Source: a virus. From it: a stretch of DNA of 64,000 bases. The notes beneath the pieces were generated by a model. That model ran no database searches. It was not told where the DNA came from and saw nothing but the letters and a program-made list of their open reading frames with translations. Position numbers and translations under genes: made by a program. The stretch is from the IMG/VR virus record IMGVR_UViG_3300045911_000062, positions 1-64,000 of that record; one strand, given 5' to 3'. Below, piece after piece: positions 1 to 9,934 of the stretch; the first letter of the stretch is position 1; every line of letters begins with the position of its first letter.

Positions 1-402
1 TGATGGATCTACAGTCCTTTTAGATGCATCTAAAATTCTTCCTTCTTTATCTATAGAAAATCCAATACTTTCAATAAAATCTTTAAAAGATTTTGCATAA
101 TCTTTTTCTTCCATAAAAACTTTTGATTTGTATAGGTCGAAAGAATTCTGATATTCTTTACTAATATCAAATGATATATTCGTTTGATCTACGGATAAAT
201 CAGTATACATTATAACTTTTGATGACATATGATTTTGAAAGTCTATTGGAAAATTTGTACTTGTTGTTTGTAAAATTGTATTATTGCTTTGTATAAAATT
301 TTTTTCGTCCATGTCACTGAAGACTAGTACGGACATTAATATAATGATTCCTATTAAAATCCATGATCCTCCTATTGTCCATTGTTTTATACTTTTTTTC
401 AT
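1..402 (-). CDS. Membrane-anchored hypothetical protein (3' end truncated by the window edge)
   Basis: Manual translation from ATG at 402 gives MKKSIKQWTIGGSWILIGIIILMSVLVFSD..., an N-terminal TM helix, and the frame stays open to position 1. Not in the ORF track. Confidence 0.7.
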   Translation of the reverse strand, partial: MKKSIKQWTIGGSWILIGIIILMSVLVFSDMDEKNFIQSNNTILQTTSTNFPIDFQNHMSSKVIMYTDLSVDQTNISFDISKEYQNSFDLYKSKVFMEEKDYAKSFKDFIESIGFSIDKEGRILDASKRTVDPS

Positions 403-468
403 AGTGGTGTTAAACTTTTAGTCTTATTTATTGTAAATAAAAATAGTTTATTGGTTGGCTGTAACTTT

Positions 469-476
469 TATAAATA
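469..476 (+). promoter_or_regulatory. T4-type late promoter TATAAATA
   Basis: Exact T4 late (gp55) consensus, 20 nt upstream of the ATG at 497. Confidence 0.55.
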
Positions 477-496
477 AATCATAAAGGTCTACGTAA

Positions 497-790
497 ATGC
501 GTATTTATTTATTATTGCTATTACTAATTCTAACTAGTTGCAAACAAACTGTAACACTAGATTATAACAAAAATATAATAGCATGTACAAACATTTATGA
601 TAAAAAAGACAAAATAATATATTACGAAGATAATAAAAATACATTCCAATCTGTTTCTACTGGTGTTACTCAATATACTTATATTGATGTATATGGCGAA
701 CGTAAAATGCTTAATGAATATGAAATAGATAATTATAATTGTGTAACTGTTAGTTCACAAGAACAGTTCAATAAAATAGTGAATGAATAA
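497..790 (+). CDS. Putative lipoprotein
   Basis: MRIYLLLLLLILTSC: basic N-terminus, hydrophobic core and lipobox LTSC. Confidence 0.65.
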   Translation: MRIYLLLLLLILTSCKQTVTLDYNKNIIACTNIYDKKDKIIYYEDNKNTFQSVSTGVTQYTYIDVYGERKMLNEYEIDNYNCVTVSSQEQFNKIVNE

Positions 791-1747
791 ATGCTATTAA
801 ATTTTTGTAATGGAATAGTGCAAAAACAGCCAATCATACCATTCCTTATTAAAAATGGAAAATCTGTTACTCTCAATTGCACTACAGCACCATTAATATT
901 AACATTTTCACATGGATTATCTAATTATCTAACTATACATTCTGATGTTATAAAAAATGCTTGGGTAGGTCCATTTAACAAATTAAAAGATTATTATCTA
1001 TATGTTGATATTGATATCAATACGGCCTCAGTATCGTTTGGTGAAACACATTTGCCACCAAAATCTATAGGTAAATTGCCTCTTCATGCTGAAATTGGTC
1101 AACATTATTTTGAATTTAAATCCAGAAAAATGTATGAAAAAAGACCAGGGTTAAATTCATGGAAAGAAGTAATAAGAGTTTTTGTTGGAGAATATAGAAA
1201 ATCTGCAATTTTAAAATGTTATGATGTTGGTTCCAATTTCAATTTAGCCACTAGAAATTATTCTGGTATGATTTTATTTGATGACAATAGAAGACCCATT
1301 AAAAAAGAAAATAGACAAGAATTCTTAACAACAGAATCTGAATTGACCATAGAGAATGGTTATATAGGAAAAATAGATCAACATTTAAATATAACAAAAT
1401 GTATGGAAACTATTCCAAAACACCGCTGCATCTCTATAGATAATAAAAATTATAAATACTGCAAATTAGCTAAAAATGGATTAGAATGTAATGGCATAAC
1501 ACAAAATAGTCACGCTTCTGGCGATATTGTGAATTATGTAAAATACGGATATTTGTACGATACTCTAGGATGGAATTTTTCTAAACCTTCTGGCTCACCT
1601 TTATACTTAGGTGAAGATGCATCAGTAAGCGAAACACCTTCAAGATATATTATACAACAGGTCGGATTTATTGTTGATCGTAATACAATATTTGTTGATA
1701 TTAAGAATCCAATTAAAACATCATTCAATTATATAAATACAGTTTGA
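791..1747 (+). CDS. Putative virion structural/fibre-anchor protein, paralogue of 25632..26591
   Basis: Same layout as 25632..26591. C-terminal module (G-L-D-W-F...PLYLG...QQVG...IFVDI) is also found at the N-terminus of 59928..61784. Confidence 0.55.
   Translation: MLLNFCNGIVQKQPIIPFLIKNGKSVTLNCTTAPLILTFSHGLSNYLTIHSDVIKNAWVGPFNKLKDYYLYVDIDINTASVSFGETHLPPKSIGKLPLHAEIGQHYFEFKSRKMYEKRPGLNSWKEVIRVFVGEYRKSAILKCYDVGSNFNLATRNYSGMILFDDNRRPIKKENRQEFLTTESELTIENGYIGKIDQHLNITKCMETIPKHRCISIDNKNYKYCKLAKNGLECNGITQNSHASGDIVNYVKYGYLYDTLGWNFSKPSGSPLYLGEDASVSETPSRYIIQQVGFIVDRNTIFVDIKNPIKTSFNYINTV
1732..1739 (+). promoter_or_regulatory. T4-type late promoter TATAAATA
   Basis: Exact consensus followed by a GAGGT RBS and the ATG at 1762. 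Confidence 0.6.
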
Positions 1748-1761
1748 GGTTCTAACAGCAT

Positions 1762-2046
1762 ATGAAATTAAATGATATAATTACAGAAAATAAACGTGAT
1801 GAAAACAGAGATTTAAATAAAGCTCCTCCACCAGAAGATGGTAAAATGACTACTGCTCAGGCAGCTAAACGTCTTAACGTTACTATGGGGCGCATACGTC
1901 AACTGATAATGAATGGGGAACTCGATGCTCAACGACCAGAAAAGGGCAGAAGAGATAATTTATTATCTATTAAAGATGTGCAAGAAATCGCAAAGAAAAA
2001 GAAAAAACCTGGACGTCCTAGTAAAAAAAATAAGGATAGAGATTAA
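1762..2046 (+). CDS. Excisionase-like (HTH_17) DNA-binding protein with a C-terminal AT-hook-like motif
   Basis: MTTAQAAKRLNVTMGRIRQLIMNGEL helix-turn-helix pattern, plus KKPGRPSKK. Confidence 0.75.
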   Translation: MKLNDIITENKRDENRDLNKAPPPEDGKMTTAQAAKRLNVTMGRIRQLIMNGELDAQRPEKGRRDNLLSIKDVQEIAKKKKKPGRPSKKNKDRD

Positions 2047-2270
2047 TGAAAATAAAAAACAGATTTCGGCATGATAAATATTGATGCCGACAGTATATCA
2101 TACTATATAACATAGCTGTTGACACAAATGCAAAAACATACGAGATTACATTTTATTTTAGTGAAACTTCAAATTCATTAACTACAAGGTTGAATTCAGT
2201 TGAAGAAACAATTAAAATGATGAAAACTATAGACTATGAAAGAACGTCTTTAAAAGTTTTAAAGAAATAA
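2046..2270 (+). pseudogene. Small ORF interrupted by an in-frame TGA (2082-2084), probably a doubly frameshifted gene
   Basis: ATG 2046 and TAA 2268-2270 are in the same frame with one internal TGA. Removing one A from the A6 run (2054-2059) and one AT from TATATA (2104-2109) gives a clean MKIKTDFGMINIDADSISYYNIAVDTNAK... reading. Confidence 0.45.
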
Positions 2271-2283
2271 AAAAGGAGAAACA

Positions 2284-2514
2284 ATGAAAGTAGAAATTTT
2301 TTCAAAAGATGGTTGTCCCTATTGCATTAAGGCAAAAAATTTATTGACAACAAATGGGGTGCAATTTACAGAATATAAAGTTGGTGAAAATGGAATAGAT
2401 AAAAACTTCATACAAGAAAAAGCTGGTAAACCAATTCACACAGTTCCACAAATTTTTATTAATGAAACACATATAGGCGGTTTCTCAGACCTACAAAACT
2501 GGTTTAAAACATAA
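2284..2514 (+). CDS. grx: Glutaredoxin
   Basis: CPYC active site, TVPQIF and IGGF motifs, strong AAGGAG RBS. Confidence 0.95.
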   Translation: MKVEIFSKDGCPYCIKAKNLLTTNGVQFTEYKVGENGIDKNFIQEKAGKPIHTVPQIFINETHIGGFSDLQNWFKT

Positions 2515-2535
2515 ATATATTAAAAGAGAATTATC

Positions 2536-2838
2536 ATGGATAACATTTTAGCCTTAATTATAGTCTCAACAATTATTTTATTCTTGGCATATAAAACTTT
2601 AAAAATAAGTAAATATAATCCACCAAAAGTAATCATAGGACATAGAAAATATTATGATGTTGTTAATAGATTATATGTTGATGTAGTAGATTACGATGGT
2701 GTGACAGTTTTTTATAAATTTGAAGTAGAATCCGAAAATTATGATCTTCAGACTCTTCCAGAGAAAGATTTTCTAAAAAGATTTCGCAAAGTTGGAAATG
2801 ATATAAGATCAGTAAATGACAATCATTTTATTGAGTAA
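2536..2838 (+). CDS. Membrane-anchored hypothetical protein
   Basis: N-terminal hydrophobic helix. Confidence 0.6.
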   Translation: MDNILALIIVSTIILFLAYKTLKISKYNPPKVIIGHRKYYDVVNRLYVDVVDYDGVTVFYKFEVESENYDLQTLPEKDFLKRFRKVGNDIRSVNDNHFIE

Positions 2839-2839
2839 T

Positions 2840-2869
2840 AAAAAAGGGACTAGAAAATGTCCCTTTTTT
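2840..2869. terminator. Bidirectional rho-independent terminator
   Basis: AAAAAAGGGAC-tagaaaat-GTCCCTTTTTT between convergent genes. Confidence 0.85.
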
Positions 2870-4115
2870 ATTCATAATCCTTAAGTAAGAAACTTTTACA
2901 AGTGTTTGGAAAACAGCTTTTATTATTTTCAGTAAGAAACCAAAACCATCTTGTAGGAAACTTTGGTGAAACACAATTTCCATAGCCATCAGTTATAATA
3001 AATACCGCATCTGGATATTTTTTAAAATTTTTATGAATTGACTCTTCTATAATAGAAAAACTAGTTCCGCCACCCATGGGCAATTTATTTTTATTTAAAT
3101 CAATCTCTTTAACATAAGTGGAAAAGCAAAAAAATCTAACATCAAAACGATCTAAAGGTACGCTTTTTGAAGCGTCAAAAAAGCGCTGTGCGTATTGGTG
3201 ACATGATCCAGATGTATCTAAGAAAAACGCTATTGTAATTTTTTCTTTTTCTTTTTTAATAGAATCAGATATTGTTGGTAAAAAGAAATTTTTACCTAAT
3301 GTTACAAACCTCCTATTCTTTTTGGCCCATTGATAATGTTCGCTTTCTGTCTCCATGAGTTTACTCTTAACCCACTTATGTATGATAGTTTCCCATTTTT
3401 TATTTTTTACAACTTTTTTGTTTTCTAATTCTTGTATTAGAAATGCATAAGCACTATCTTTTGATTTATTACTTGATTTATTATTTTTATAATAATTATC
3501 TAATAAATTTTTTAATTTTTCTAATTCTGATTTGTCAAGCTGTTGAATTATTTCTTTTATCACATCATCAGATAGATTAAACCAACTTCCATGGTCATCT
3601 GCCATTTTTCCATATACTGATAATGGGTTATCCATATTTTTTTGCTTGTTCATCAATAAATCATAGTAGTATTCCATATTCATTCCATATGGAACTTCCT
3701 GATCCGGAAAAACTTTATCCAGCCAAATCAACGTATTGTCAATGTCAACATCACTTCTAATAAATTTATAATGCCTTATTAAAATCTCATTGACGCATAA
3801 ATCAGCAGCAATGTTCATCAATTCCATATTAAAATTTTTATTTTTAGCCATTTCACGAAGCCTAGTCAAATGTGATAGCATTACATGTAGGCATTCATGG
3901 CTTATAAAAAATAATTTTTGTATTTTCGTTGAAGACTCCCAAAATTTTGGATTTATTTTTAATAAATAATGTTCTTCGGTTTCTGCTTCTCTAGAAATTG
4001 AAAGTGTTGGGATCTCTTCCGTAAATTTTATATTACTCATATTTAAAAAAGTATAGTACATGTTACCGTATGGTTGTAAACTTCTTAACAATTCTACTTT
4101 TTCTTCTAATTCCAT
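2868..4115 (-). CDS. Putative metallopeptidase + vWA domain protein (DUF2201-type MoxR partner)
   Basis: HECLH (HExxH) and NIAADLCVN in the N-domain. MIDAS motifs DTSGS, GGGT and ITDG in the C-domain. Confidence 0.85.
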   Translation of the reverse strand: MELEEKVELLRSLQPYGNMYYTFLNMSNIKFTEEIPTLSISREAETEEHYLLKINPKFWESSTKIQKLFFISHECLHVMLSHLTRLREMAKNKNFNMELMNIAADLCVNEILIRHYKFIRSDVDIDNTLIWLDKVFPDQEVPYGMNMEYYYDLLMNKQKNMDNPLSVYGKMADDHGSWFNLSDDVIKEIIQQLDKSELEKLKNLLDNYYKNNKSSNKSKDSAYAFLIQELENKKVVKNKKWETIIHKWVKSKLMETESEHYQWAKKNRRFVTLGKNFFLPTISDSIKKEKEKITIAFFLDTSGSCHQYAQRFFDASKSVPLDRFDVRFFCFSTYVKEIDLNKNKLPMGGGTSFSIIEESIHKNFKKYPDAVFIITDGYGNCVSPKFPTRWFWFLTENNKSCFPNTCKSFLLKDYE

Positions 4116-4118
4116 AAG

Positions 4119-4148
4119 TTGATCCCTACATTTCTCTCATGTTATCAT
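4119..4148 (+). promoter_or_regulatory. Sigma70-like promoter with extended -10
   Basis: TTGATC-N18-TATCAT with TGn before the -10, upstream of the AAA+ gene. Confidence 0.45.
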
Positions 4149-4177
4149 GTTTTCCACTCAAGTAAAAGGAAGCCCTT

Positions 4178-5671
4178 ATGAGTAGTTTAGAAAATAAACT
4201 AAAATTTGCAGCACAAAACCAATTAAATGTAATACTTATAGGACATGCAGGTGTAGGAAAAACTTCAGTAGTTAAAAGTGTGTTTGAGGAATTAGGTTTA
4301 AAGTATCTTTATTATTCAGCTTCAACCATGGATCCATGGGTAGATTTTGTTGGTGTCCCCCATGAAGTAACAGGAGACGACGGGATTAAATATTTGGATC
4401 TAATTCGTCCAAAAGCATTCGCATATGATGATGTAGAAGCTATATTTATAGATGAGTATAACAGGGCGCCTTCAAAAATTCAAAATTCTGTGATGGAATT
4501 GATTCAATTTAAATCAATAAATGGAAAAAAATTTAATAAATTAAAATTGGTATGGGCTGCTATAAATCCAAGCGATGAAGATGACACTGGTAAGGTATAT
4601 AGTGTTGAGAAAATAGATCCTGCACAAATGGATAGATTTCATTTTCAAATAACAGTACCGTACACACTGAACAAAAAATATTTTAAAGAAAAATATCCAG
4701 AATATGCCGATCGTGTTATAGAATGGTGGAATGCTTTACCGAAAATACAAAAAAATTTAGTTTCACCAAGGCGAGTTGACATGGCGCTAAACACACTAAA
4801 ACTTGGTGGCGATTTGAATTGGGTATTACCCAAGGAAGTCAATACAAAAGAATTAATTGATATTATTGATAATGGGTCTTTTGTTGAAAGAATAAAAAAA
4901 TGCTTCCAGGAAAAAAATGAAGAAAAAACTAGAAGTGTTATTTCTGACAATGATAAAATACTTAGTAAATATGTAAAATGTATCTTAGAAAATGAAGAAT
5001 ATATGAATTATTTTATGCCATTCTTCACTGATGAACAAATTGTTGCTTTGATATCTAATAACAATCAAGGTGTTATTGACTACATTAAAAAACCAAATAT
5101 AGCAAAAACAAGAAGGAATGTAATTGTTACTATTGTTAAAAATAAGTCAGTAAAAAAACAAGTATTAGATGAATTTACTAAAATTCTCAGTAGCATAGAT
5201 ATAAAAAATCAACAAAAAAGCGATAGTATCTGTCTTTATGTAGATAAAAACGATACTATAGGAATACCATTAGAAAATAACAGTCATTGGTATAATCATT
5301 ACAAAAAAGTATTGTCTTTTAGTAACAGTTATGACAGGAAAAGAATACTTGAGGCATTAATTTCAATGAAAGGGTATATTTACAAATATTTTGAAGATAA
5401 AGACTTTGAAACTATAAAAAATATATGCATTTGTTCTTTTATTATAATTGGATCTACTCGTAATTTTAACCAAAACGCAGAAGAATTATCTCATTTAGTA
5501 AAAATAATAAACACTTGTTTTTTATTTGCAACACAAAATAATATTGATATAAAAAAGATGCTTCCTCAAGATGATTGGCGTATAAAAAAAGCATTAGAAA
5601 CTATATACCATAACAAAGAAGTATATGAAACACTTCACAGTTATTTCAAGGGTCTTTATGATTATATATAA
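4178..5671 (+). CDS. MoxR-type AAA+ ATPase
   Basis: Walker A GHAGVGKT, Walker B FIDEYNRA, sensor AAIN, DPAQMDRF and SPR motifs. Confidence 0.88.
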   Translation: MSSLENKLKFAAQNQLNVILIGHAGVGKTSVVKSVFEELGLKYLYYSASTMDPWVDFVGVPHEVTGDDGIKYLDLIRPKAFAYDDVEAIFIDEYNRAPSKIQNSVMELIQFKSINGKKFNKLKLVWAAINPSDEDDTGKVYSVEKIDPAQMDRFHFQITVPYTLNKKYFKEKYPEYADRVIEWWNALPKIQKNLVSPRRVDMALNTLKLGGDLNWVLPKEVNTKELIDIIDNGSFVERIKKCFQEKNEEKTRSVISDNDKILSKYVKCILENEEYMNYFMPFFTDEQIVALISNNNQGVIDYIKKPNIAKTRRNVIVTIVKNKSVKKQVLDEFTKILSSIDIKNQQKSDSICLYVDKNDTIGIPLENNSHWYNHYKKVLSFSNSYDRKRILEALISMKGYIYKYFEDKDFETIKNICICSFIIIGSTRNFNQNAEELSHLVKIINTCFLFATQNNIDIKKMLPQDDWRIKKALETIYHNKEVYETLHSYFKGLYDYI

Positions 5672-6125
5672 AAAGTTAGATATAACAACTGTACAAAATG
5701 GTATTGTTGCGCACGGAGTAAATTGTCAGTTTGTAATGGGCGCTGGTGTAGCATTAAGTATAAAAAATAAATGGCCAAATGTTTTCTCAGAATATATTTC
5801 TTATAAACAAAAATGCAATACGAACGATTTACTTGGTAAAGTTTTATTTGTAAAAATATCAGAATCGTTATTTGTAGCTAATTGTTTCACGCAACAATAT
5901 TATGGAAATAAACCTAATGTTCGTTACGCATCTCCTAATGCTATTAGGCGATGCGTAGAACGTTGCGTAGACGAATGTAATGATCGGGGGCTAGACTTAT
6001 ATATGACTAGAATAGGATGCGGTCTAGGCGGTCTTAATTGGAACAGCGATGTCCTGCCAATAGTAGAAAAAATTAATGAAAAACTAAGTGATAAATTAAT
6101 AATATATATTTGTGATTTGAAATGA
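5658..6125 (+). CDS. Macro domain ADP-ribose processing protein (Poa1p/DarG-like)
   Basis: HGVNC, MGAGVA, ANCFTQ and RIGCGLGGL-W motifs. Start reassigned to ATG 5658. Confidence 0.88.
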   Translation: MIIYKKLDITTVQNGIVAHGVNCQFVMGAGVALSIKNKWPNVFSEYISYKQKCNTNDLLGKVLFVKISESLFVANCFTQQYYGNKPNVRYASPNAIRRCVERCVDECNDRGLDLYMTRIGCGLGGLNWNSDVLPIVEKINEKLSDKLIIYICDLK

Positions 6126-6262
6126 TATTTTTGACAATTTATTCCAATTGTAAAAATGATTTATAATTTCCAATACTAAAATTATCAAAAACTACAACCC
6201 TGTTTCCTTCTTAATTTATTTTTTAATCATATGAGATCCTATACTACAAATTAATATATTCT

Positions 6263-8200
6263 TCAAAAGAAATGCCAGGGTCTAGTTTGCAATCCGCACA
6301 AATTATCAAAGGCTGAACCAATATCTAATTGTATTATATTTTTATTATGAAAATCATGAATCAATCTTTTAGCGGCAAACGAACAAGAATATAACACAAC
6401 ACAATTATCTTCAATACATTCTTGTAATTTTTGTAATAACAAAGGGTACTGTTTCACAACTGCGCATGTATCTTTGACACTATAAGGTTTAATCATTGAA
6501 ACTCTATTAAGATTTAAATTATTTTCAGTAACAATATGAATAAAATTTAAATGAGAATTAAGTTTACTTAAATAATCTGGTCCAACTATTATAACTTTTT
6601 TATTTTTTAATAATTCAAATAATTCAAAAATAGTTCCGTCAATTTGCCATCTTGAAAATAAACCACCATCAAACAAATTTAAATCCTTTATGTATTCAAA
6701 TATATTTTCAACCATGTAATCCTTTTTTAATACTTCTGTACTAATACCGACATAATATGGAACTTTTTTAATAATTGGCGTTACAAATTTATCCATGAAT
6801 TCTTCGGCATTTTTATCCCATTTAACTCTATGGATATTATATGCATTTTTTTCTTTTATTCTAAGCATGCATATCCATTCCCCATCATTATATCTAGCTA
6901 ATGATATTGGAATATTATTTTTAATGCTGTTAAAAATTAAATTTTTAATATTATCATTCTCAATTTTTACATTGTCATAAGTCAAAAATGGATTAACTTT
7001 TTGTTTAACTTTAAAAACAGTATTATCAGTAAAAGATTTTGGAACAATTTTTCTATATGTGCTAATTGCTAATGAATAAAACCTATTATCTATAAAATCA
7101 AAAATTTTAGCCTGTTGGTTTTCGTATGATAATATATTATTAACATGTTTTTGCAGTAGTAATGACATAGACAACAACTTATCTCTGTCATTGTAAAGAT
7201 TATGAATAATTTTTATAATATTATTAACATCGTTTTTATTTACTATAAAAATCATATCATCAGTATATTTAAAATGATCTTTACAATTATAGATATCTGT
7301 TGTGATAAGCACTACGCCCTGAAGCATTGCTTCGCAACCTAATGGCCATCCATTATATGCTTTTCCGTTTTCTAAATTTATTATAATATCTACATTTTTA
7401 GAATAAAATTCATCTAAATCTTTAACAGACATTGGTTTATACGATTTAATATATTTCGATTGCACCCCATTTCCTATTGAGATAAACTCTATATCGTGTT
7501 GAGGGAACATTTTTTTATATTGCTCTACGACAGATCTATAAACAAAAGCACCTTTTTGTTCTGGATCGCCCATTGAACTGAAGCACACTCTTAGAGTTTT
7601 AATATTTTTTTGTTTAGGAATTACTATATTATTTTTGGGTAATAAAGTGCCACCCAAAACCTCTATAAAATTTTCGTGTTTAGCCTCTTTCAACCATTTA
7701 GTAGTAATAGGACTGGTTGATATGACGTTTGCATCTTTATGTATTTTCGTAATCGCATTTTTTCCGCTGAGTCCCCCACCAGGATATAAATGTATAAATT
7801 GTTTATTATATTCTACTTTAAAGAATTTATTAAATTTTTCATACATTGAAAGAAATATATGATATATGTACTTATAATTTTTTATATCAAAATTTTCATT
7901 TTTAGTAAATAAATATGAAAACCCATTGATAGTATTAAATCTTTTTCCATCTATCCTTGTATTAAACTTATTTAAATGATTATATTTTTGATCAAAAATT
8001 AATATATTGTAGTCATTTAAACCATAATATTCTTTCATTTCATCATAGTCAAAATCATAGTTTATCTTAGAATATGAGTCGATTTTATATACTAAGAAAT
8101 CTGCATTGTATCTATCAATAAAAGCCTTACTCTCTTCTATTCTCCATTTTCCATATTTACAAGGAAATAGTATATCAGTTACAAGAATCATATGATTCAA
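6263..8200 (-). CDS. Bifunctional glycosyltransferase: GT-B (GT4-like) + GT-D fold domain
   Basis: N-domain has QKG...GWPLGCEAMLQGVVLITT. C-domain has SLARYNDGE...LDIGSAFD...TR, the GT-D/DUF1792-like signature. Confidence 0.7.
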   Translation of the reverse strand: MNHMILVTDILFPCKYGKWRIEESKAFIDRYNADFLVYKIDSYSKINYDFDYDEMKEYYGLNDYNILIFDQKYNHLNKFNTRIDGKRFNTINGFSYLFTKNENFDIKNYKYIYHIFLSMYEKFNKFFKVEYNKQFIHLYPGGGLSGKNAITKIHKDANVISTSPITTKWLKEAKHENFIEVLGGTLLPKNNIVIPKQKNIKTLRVCFSSMGDPEQKGAFVYRSVVEQYKKMFPQHDIEFISIGNGVQSKYIKSYKPMSVKDLDEFYSKNVDIIINLENGKAYNGWPLGCEAMLQGVVLITTDIYNCKDHFKYTDDMIFIVNKNDVNNIIKIIHNLYNDRDKLLSMSLLLQKHVNNILSYENQQAKIFDFIDNRFYSLAISTYRKIVPKSFTDNTVFKVKQKVNPFLTYDNVKIENDNIKNLIFNSIKNNIPISLARYNDGEWICMLRIKEKNAYNIHRVKWDKNAEEFMDKFVTPIIKKVPYYVGISTEVLKKDYMVENIFEYIKDLNLFDGGLFSRWQIDGTIFELFELLKNKKVIIVGPDYLSKLNSHLNFIHIVTENNLNLNRVSMIKPYSVKDTCAVVKQYPLLLQKLQECIEDNCVVLYSCSFAAKRLIHDFHNKNIIQLDIGSAFDNLCGLQTRPWHFF

Positions 8201-9194
8201 TACATTCCATTATAAAGTTTATATCATTATCTGAAATATCTTCGTGTAAGGGGAAATTGATAATTCTTTCGTATAAATCAACTGAATTAGTAAATGGTAT
8301 TAAAGGTTTATAATATTTGTTTGCTTCTATTCCTCTATCTCTGAAATATTTTATATTTGCAGGCTTTTTAAACAATACCGGCAAATTTCCATAAAATACA
8401 CCCTGAGAATAGTTAAATAATTCGTAAGATTGTTTATCATTGAATAGTTTTACAAATTTATTTTGTATTTCTAAATGTTTATCTATATTATAAGATTCTA
8501 AATGTTGTAAAATGAAAGCGGCAGAAACATCTGACATTTTAAAATTTGACGATAGAATCTTATAATCTCTTTGATCGTTGAATCCAAATCCTAATATTCT
8601 TTGTAATTCATCATAAAGATAACTATCGACGACAAGAAAACCCCCCTCTCCGAAACCTAAAGTTTTTGTGTGGTGGAGTGAACTGAAAGAAGCGTCTCCC
8701 ATCATACATATATTTTTACCAAATTTATCTTTACTCATAAAAGACGAAGCATTATCATACATCAATAATCCGCCACGTTTTTTATAATTAATTACAGTAC
8801 CAAATAAATTTGTGATTATAATACCATCATATTTTTCTGAATAATATTCATCTATTGTATACGTATTGCTATTAATATCGTGTATATTAGTTGAAGCTCT
8901 ATTAACTACGCATGAAGGAAAAGTAAAAGCTGGACTTGCCCATCTTTTTGTTGTATTATTAATAGAATCATACCAAAACATAAATGCATGCAATGCAGTT
9001 GTACCATTTGATGAACACAAAACTCTCTTACCTGCTTGCAAATTTATCATTTCTGATAATTTATCTTCCAATAATCTTTTTACTGGCCCATTATTTGTAT
9101 ATTGATTAATAGATTTTGAATTATCTAAATACTTTTCTACTAAATTAAAATTTATCTTTTTTTTCTGTATATAGTTTATCATTTTATAACACAA
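8175..9194 (-). CDS. DegT/DnrJ/EryC1/StrS PLP-dependent sugar aminotransferase
   Basis: SNGTTAL, PAFTF, DNASS and SLHHTKTLGFGEGG (PLP lysine), plus NFKMSD. Confidence 0.9.
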   Translation of the reverse strand: MCYKMINYIQKKKINFNLVEKYLDNSKSINQYTNNGPVKRLLEDKLSEMINLQAGKRVLCSSNGTTALHAFMFWYDSINNTTKRWASPAFTFPSCVVNRASTNIHDINSNTYTIDEYYSEKYDGIIITNLFGTVINYKKRGGLLMYDNASSFMSKDKFGKNICMMGDASFSSLHHTKTLGFGEGGFLVVDSYLYDELQRILGFGFNDQRDYKILSSNFKMSDVSAAFILQHLESYNIDKHLEIQNKFVKLFNDKQSYELFNYSQGVFYGNLPVLFKKPANIKYFRDRGIEANKYYKPLIPFTNSVDLYERIINFPLHEDISDNDINFIMECIESYDSCN

Positions 9195-9934
9195 TAATCC
9201 TGTAAATTTCCATTTTTAAACCAAGGTCTACTTTCTATTCCGGCCCATGCGTCTAACGTCGCCCCGAAATCTATAGCTATTTTGTTTTGCCTTTTTAATA
9301 TTACACCTAAATCTTTCGCAGTTATACTAACTCCGTACAAAACAACATTTTCATTTATATGTGCTAACTTATTTATAATAGTTTGTCGATCATTATCAAC
9401 AATTGTGACAGAAACATCAGTTTGTAACAAATTACAAATTTTATTAACATTTATATTAGAATTTGGCGTAATTATATTAATTGGAACACCAGATATTATA
9501 TTTTTAAAATTATTTGGATCACCAAATAATCTCGATCTTGGTAACTGATGATCACAACAAATTGGAATATCTATATTCATTTTTTTTAAAGCATCTAATG
9601 ATAAAGACCATTGCTCTTTTTTAAATTTCATTTTCTGGCAAACTTTATTATTAAAATCCATAATACCAACTATGTCAGAATATTTAAGACATGTAACCAA
9701 ATGATCATAAAATATTTCTCGCATACTGTCGAACTGCAAAATGTCGAAATTCCATAGTTTTGCTATTTTATTTTTAAGGGCGTCCGGAACATTGTTGTTT
9801 ATTATATGAATTTCTGCATCACCAATTCTGGATAAACAAAAAGGAGTATTTGTTTTTATGCAGTATTTAACACGATCAGCAACTTCTTCGTTGCTTAAAG
9901 ACACCTCAAGATATTTGTTTAAATGGGCAGGCAT
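9179..9934 (-). CDS. GT-D fold glycosyltransferase
   Basis: SRIGDAE near the N-terminus and AIDFGATLDAWAG-SR at the C-terminus. Confidence 0.7.
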   Translation of the reverse strand: MPAHLNKYLEVSLSNEEVADRVKYCIKTNTPFCLSRIGDAEIHIINNNVPDALKNKIAKLWNFDILQFDSMREIFYDHLVTCLKYSDIVGIMDFNNKVCQKMKFKKEQWSLSLDALKKMNIDIPICCDHQLPRSRLFGDPNNFKNIISGVPINIITPNSNINVNKICNLLQTDVSVTIVDNDRQTIINKLAHINENVVLYGVSITAKDLGVILKRQNKIAIDFGATLDAWAGIESRPWFKNGNLQDYCVIK

